The translations under genes and the position numbers were made by a program. Below are positions 60,201 through 64,000 of a DNA stretch of 64,000 nucleotides, piece by piece (the first letter of the stretch is position 1; every line of letters begins with the position of its first letter). Source of the stretch: Leucoraja ocellata. Lineage: Eukaryota. Below the pieces are notes generated by a model. The model did no database searches. It worked only from the letters and a program-made list of their open reading frames with translations, and was not told the DNA's origin. The DNA is taken from the NCBI GenBank assembly GCA_036785375.1, contig JAWMAR010000245.1:1488001-1552000 (forward strand), written 5' to 3'.

Positions 60201-61437
60201 AAGGAATAGGCAACGTTTCGTGTCTCGAAACATCGCCGATTCCTTCTCTCCACAGATGCTGCCTCATCCGCTGAGTTTCTACAGCATTTTCGTCTACCTT
60301 CGATTTTTCCAGCATAGTATAAACAAAACAAAAGCTTTTCACTGTACATGTGGCAACAATAAACCTAAACCATGCTGGTTTGCAGGAAAAAGACAAAGTT
60401 CTGGAGAAACTCAGCAGATCAAGCAGCATCTGTGCAAGGTCCTGACCTGAAACATCACCTATCCATGTTCCCCAGAGATTCCACCAGCACTTTCACTTGA
60501 AATGAAAGTTAAAAAACGTATTTATTGTTTCCAAATAGAAAGGATTTTTTAAAGTGTTTGGGACATGGGAACTGATGGTGAAATGTTTGTTTTTACCTGT
60601 TCTCTTTTATTGTAAATCTGAAGTTGACGTTTCTCAATCTCGCACTGATTTGTCCATGTGCCTTTCCTGCAGGCATTCTGTCTTACCTGGCTGACAGACC
60701 ACCTCCCCAGTACATCCACCCCACGGCCATCAGTGTGGACGGCACTCCTGCACTGCCTGTCTCCAGCAACCCGCCTGCCCTGGATCACTATGAGCCCGGC
60801 AGCGGCGTCAGCTTGGAGACCAGCATCGTCTCGATAGACTCAAGACAGGTCGGCAGTCACGGCTCCCAGAGTCTGCACCAGCCCAGCAACGGGGAGGTGC
60901 CGCTGGATGCCAGCATCTCCATGGAAACGGTTTCCAGGGTGAACAGCCCCATCCCGACGGAAGGGATGAGCGACGAGATGGCGATGAGGGCAGAGTCCCG
61001 GACGCTGCCCCCTGGGTCCAGAGGCCACGAATCCATGAGCGTGGACTCGGTGCGGAATAACTTGGAAGCGGAGGGACAGAGCGCGGGGATGCCGATTCAC
61101 GGCAGCCCTCTGGAGCTGCCGGTTGTGATGGAACCAGAGGCCATGGCCGGTCGGGTGGGCAGCATGTCGGAGAGGGCACTGCGTGACCCCATCCACGCCG
61201 CTGCACTCAACCCTAACCCTGGGGCAGTGGCACTCCCTCCCCCCACTCCCTGCCTTCCCCTCCACGGACCGAGCCTGGGTCTGGACTCTGTCTCCGTCTC
61301 CACCATCACCGCAGACGTCTCCATGACCTCCAACCAGGTCAACGTGTCGGCGGAAACCCTGACCTTTGTGGCGCCGGCTCTGCAGATGGACGACTCCGGC
61401 TCCAATAAGGAAAACCTGGCCGACTCTTTCACAATCT
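57090..61437 (+). CDS. PRDM4: PRDM4 (PR/SET zinc finger protein 4), N-terminal coding exons; continues beyond window
   Basis: Exons 57089-57219 (ATG 57090), 58837-59022 and 60673-61437, with GT-AG introns in phase 1. [14 protein letters not shown]...GMPVAIPNL...[13 protein letters not shown]...[17 protein letters not shown]...SNKENL..FTI matches PRDM4 as recalled. A tiny upstream coding exon may exist but was not identified. Confidence 0.94.
57258..57557 (+). mobile_element. tRNA-derived V-SINE (HE1-like)
   Basis: A box TGGCGCAGCGGT and B box GGTTTGATCC; V-domain GGGTTTTCTCCG..CGGTTTCCTCCCACACTCCAAA; (TAAAC)n tail. Confidence 0.85.
58457..58775 (-). mobile_element. V-SINE (HE1-like)
   Basis: Reverse-complement copy; further copies near 16930-17190, 23484-24097, 35895-36130, 36625-36860, 37445-37700, 41490-41705, 46078-46345 and 49190-49510. 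Confidence 0.8.
58837..59022 (+). CDS. PRDM4: PRDM4 coding exon with PPxY motif
   Basis: [61 protein letters not shown]; TGCAG / GTAAGC. Confidence 0.95.
59115..59535 (+). mobile_element. Penelope-like element 3' end with hammerhead motif
   Basis: Encodes [27 protein letters not shown], then a pyrimidine-rich UTR, CTGAAGA-AGGGTCTCGACCC-GAAA-TGTC (59404-59431) and the conserved terminal repeat. Confidence 0.8.
60673..61437 (+). CDS. PRDM4: PRDM4 large coding exon (765 nt)
   Basis: [16 protein letters not shown]...LELPVVME...[19 protein letters not shown]; CCTGCAG / GTAAGT. Confidence 0.95.
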
Positions 61438-61443
61438 GTAAGT

Positions 61444-61960
61444 TATAACCATATAACAATTACAGCACGGAAACAGGCCATCTCGGCCCTACAAGTCCGT
61501 GCCGAACAACTTTTTTCCCTTAGTCCCACCTGCCTGCACTCATACCATAACCCTCCATTCTCTTCTCATCCATATGCCTATCCAATTTATTTGAAATGAT
61601 ACCAATGAACCTGCCTCCACCACTTCCACTGGAAGCTCATTCCACACCGCTACCACTCTCTGAGTAAAGAAGTTCCCCTCATATTACCCCTAAACTTCTG
61701 TCCCTTAATTCTGAAGTCATGTCCTCTCGTTTGAATCTTCCCTATTCTCAAAGGGAAAAGCTTGTCCAGATCAACTCTGTCTATCCCTCTCATCATTTTA
61801 AAGAGCTCTATCAAGTCCCCCCTTAACCTTCTGCGCTCCAGAGAATAAAGACCTAACTTATTCAACCTATCTCTGTAACTTAGTTGTTGAAACCCAGGCA
61901 ACATTCTAGTAAATCTCCTCTGTACTCTCTCCATTTTGTTGACATCCTTCCTATAATTGG
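61444..61960 (-). mobile_element. CR1 LINE 3' end immediately downstream of the PRDM4 donor
   Basis: [39 protein letters not shown]. Confidence 0.85.
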
Positions 61961-62092
61961 ATTGGATTGGTTTAACATCGCCGTTTGTGGTAAAACTAAA
62001 TAGCCATGGGATCTAAGTTGTAACGTGCTCGGAATCAGCTCCGTCATCATTATTCTGCAGCTGATCTATATCCACATGTATCTTCTGCCCAC

Positions 62093-62385
62093 CGGAAATT
62101 GGAGGAGCAGCACCTCATATTCCGCTTGGGCAGTCTGCACCCTAACGGCAATAAACATTGACTTCTCCAATTTCCGGTAGCCCTTGCTGTCTCCTCCCCT
62201 TCACAGCTCTCCATCATCCCTCGGGTGTCTCCTCTTCCTTTTTCCTGTCTTCTCCTCGCCCCCCCAACCCCCTCCCCCACCCTCCATCAGTCTGAGAAGG
62301 GTTTTGGTCCGAAATGTTGCCTATTTCCTTGCTCCATAGGGCCACTGCACCCGCTGAGTTTCTCCGGCACTTTTGTCTACCTTGT
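62093..62385 (+). mobile_element. Penelope-like element 3' fragment
   Basis: Encodes [27 protein letters not shown], followed by a degenerate hammerhead region. Confidence 0.75.
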
Positions 62386-63147
62386 ATCTTCAGCCCGCCT
62401 TCCTCACTGTCTGCAACTCCTTCAGTTCTGGTGTCGTCCGTGTGGAAGAAGGAACTGCAGATGCTGGAAAATCGAAGGTAGACAAATTGCTGGAGAAACT
62501 CAGCGGGAAATAGGCAACGTTTCACAGAAACATAGAAATAGGTGCAGGAGGAGGCCATTCGGCCCTTCGAGCCAGCACCACCATTCATTGTGATCATGGC
62601 TGATCGTCCCCTATCAATAACCCGTGCCTGCCTTCTCCCCATATCCTTGACTCCACTAGCTCTAGAGCTCTATCTCACTCTCTCTTAAATCCATCCAGTG
62701 ACTTGGCCTCCACTGCCCTCTGTGGCAGAGAATTCCATAAATTCACAACTCTCTGGGTGAAAAAGTTTTTTCTCACCTCAGTCTCAAATGACCTCCCCTT
62801 TATTCTAAGACTGTGGGCCCTGGTTCTGGACTCGCCCAACAGTGTGATTGCTTTCCTGCTTTCGGGTCCGAAACCCTGAAGAAATAGGCAACGTTTCAGG
62901 CCGAAACCCGGAAGGGTTCGGCCCGAAACGTTGCCTATTTCCTTTGCTCCATAGATGCTGCTGCACCCACTGAGTTTGTCCAGCAATTTTGTCTACACTA
63001 TTTGGAAGGGAAATCAAACTCAGTCTCATGCTATTTATTGCTCATTTGTGCAGAACTATTTTGTGTAAGCAGCAACAGAATGTGTATTGTACACCGTTTA
63101 GCATCCAGTGGGATGTTGTGAGGATTTTTGGGCCAAACAGGGGACCA

Positions 63148-63715
63148 AAAGAGGTCCTTCTGTAGTTGTACAGGAGCCCTAGTGAGACCACACCTGGAGT
63201 ATTGTGTGCAGTTTTGTCCTGTTATTTGAAGAAGGACATTCTTGCTATTGAGGGAGTGCAGCGGAGGTTTACAAGGTTAATTACCGGGATGGCTGGACTG
63301 TCATATGCTGAGAGAATGGAGCAGCTGGGCTTGTACACTCTGGAGTTTAGAAGGATGAGAGGGCATCTTATTGAAACATAAGATTATTAAGGGATTGGAT
63401 ACCCTAGAGGCAGGAAACATGTTCCCAATGTTGGGGGAGTCCAGAGTCAGGTGCCACGGTTTAAGAATAAGAATTTAGAACGGAGATGAGGAAACACTTT
63501 TTCCCACAGAGAGTCTGTGGAATTCTCTGCCTCGGAGGGCGGTGGAGGCTGGTTCTCTGGATACTTTCAAGAGAGCTAGATAGGGCTCTTAAAGATAGCG
63601 GAGTCAGGGGATATGGGGAGGAGGCAGAAACGAGGTACTGATTGGGGATGATCAGCCATGATCCCATTGAATGGCGGTGCTGGCTCGAAGGGCCGAATGG
63701 CCTACTCCTGCACCT
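63148..63715 (+). mobile_element. CR1 LINE 3' end
   Basis: [41 protein letters not shown]. Confidence 0.85.
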
Positions 63716-63773
63716 GAACCACAGAATGCTGGAGTAACTTAGCGGGTAAGGCAGCATCTCTGGTGAACATGGA

Positions 63774-63929
63774 TAGGTGACGTTTCAGATCGAGACCCTT
63801 CTTCATATTCAATAGGTGACATTTCACGTTGGGACCCTACTTCAGACTAAATAGGTAATGTTTTGGGTCGGGAACCTTCTTCAGACCCAGTAGGGGATGT
63901 TTCGTATCGGGACCCTTCTTCAGACCCCA
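63774..63929 (-). repeat. Four-copy 39-bp tandem array of degenerate hammerhead cores
   Basis: Units start TAGG at 63774, 63813, 63852 and 63891; - strand consensus GT-CTGAAGA-AGGGTCCCGACCC-GAAA-CRTC-ACCTA. Confidence 0.8.
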
Positions 63930-64000
63930 AACATCTACTGCTCCATTGCGAAATCTGCAGAAGATATGCCGCCTTTGAGGAAGTTCTCCCGAGTTTGAAG

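Overview
This is vertebrate genomic DNA, almost certainly a cartilaginous fish (skate/ray-like), judged from its elasmobranch-type V-SINE (HE1-like) and CR1 repeat landscape. Four spliced or single-exon genes can be read from the sequence. ITFG2 lies on the - strand (coding exons 1-6; the 3' part is outside the window). FKBP4/FKBP52 lies on the + strand (complete, 10 coding exons, 470 aa). ASCL4 lies on the - strand (one coding exon, 183 aa). PRDM4 lies on the + strand (CpG-island promoter plus three N-terminal coding exons, continuing beyond the window). Introns and intergenic DNA are dense with CR1, L2 and Rex1/Babar LINE fragments, V-SINEs, TIR MITEs and Penelope-like elements. Most ORFs in the supplied track are repeat-derived or spurious. 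There are two main leads. (1) A family of Penelope-derived mini-elements is built around a minimal hammerhead-ribozyme motif. It occurs as TSD-flanked fold-back insertions and as 34-, 39-, 66- and 156-bp tandem arrays, including an array made almost only of ribozyme cores. (2) An inverted, splice-dead copy of FKBP4 exon 9 sits about 7 kb past the FKBP4 stop codon. Its exon part is 175/176 identical while its intron part is much more diverged, and it is grafted onto a different CR1 subfamily. All gene names come from recalled homology, not from a database search, and repeat boundaries are approximate.
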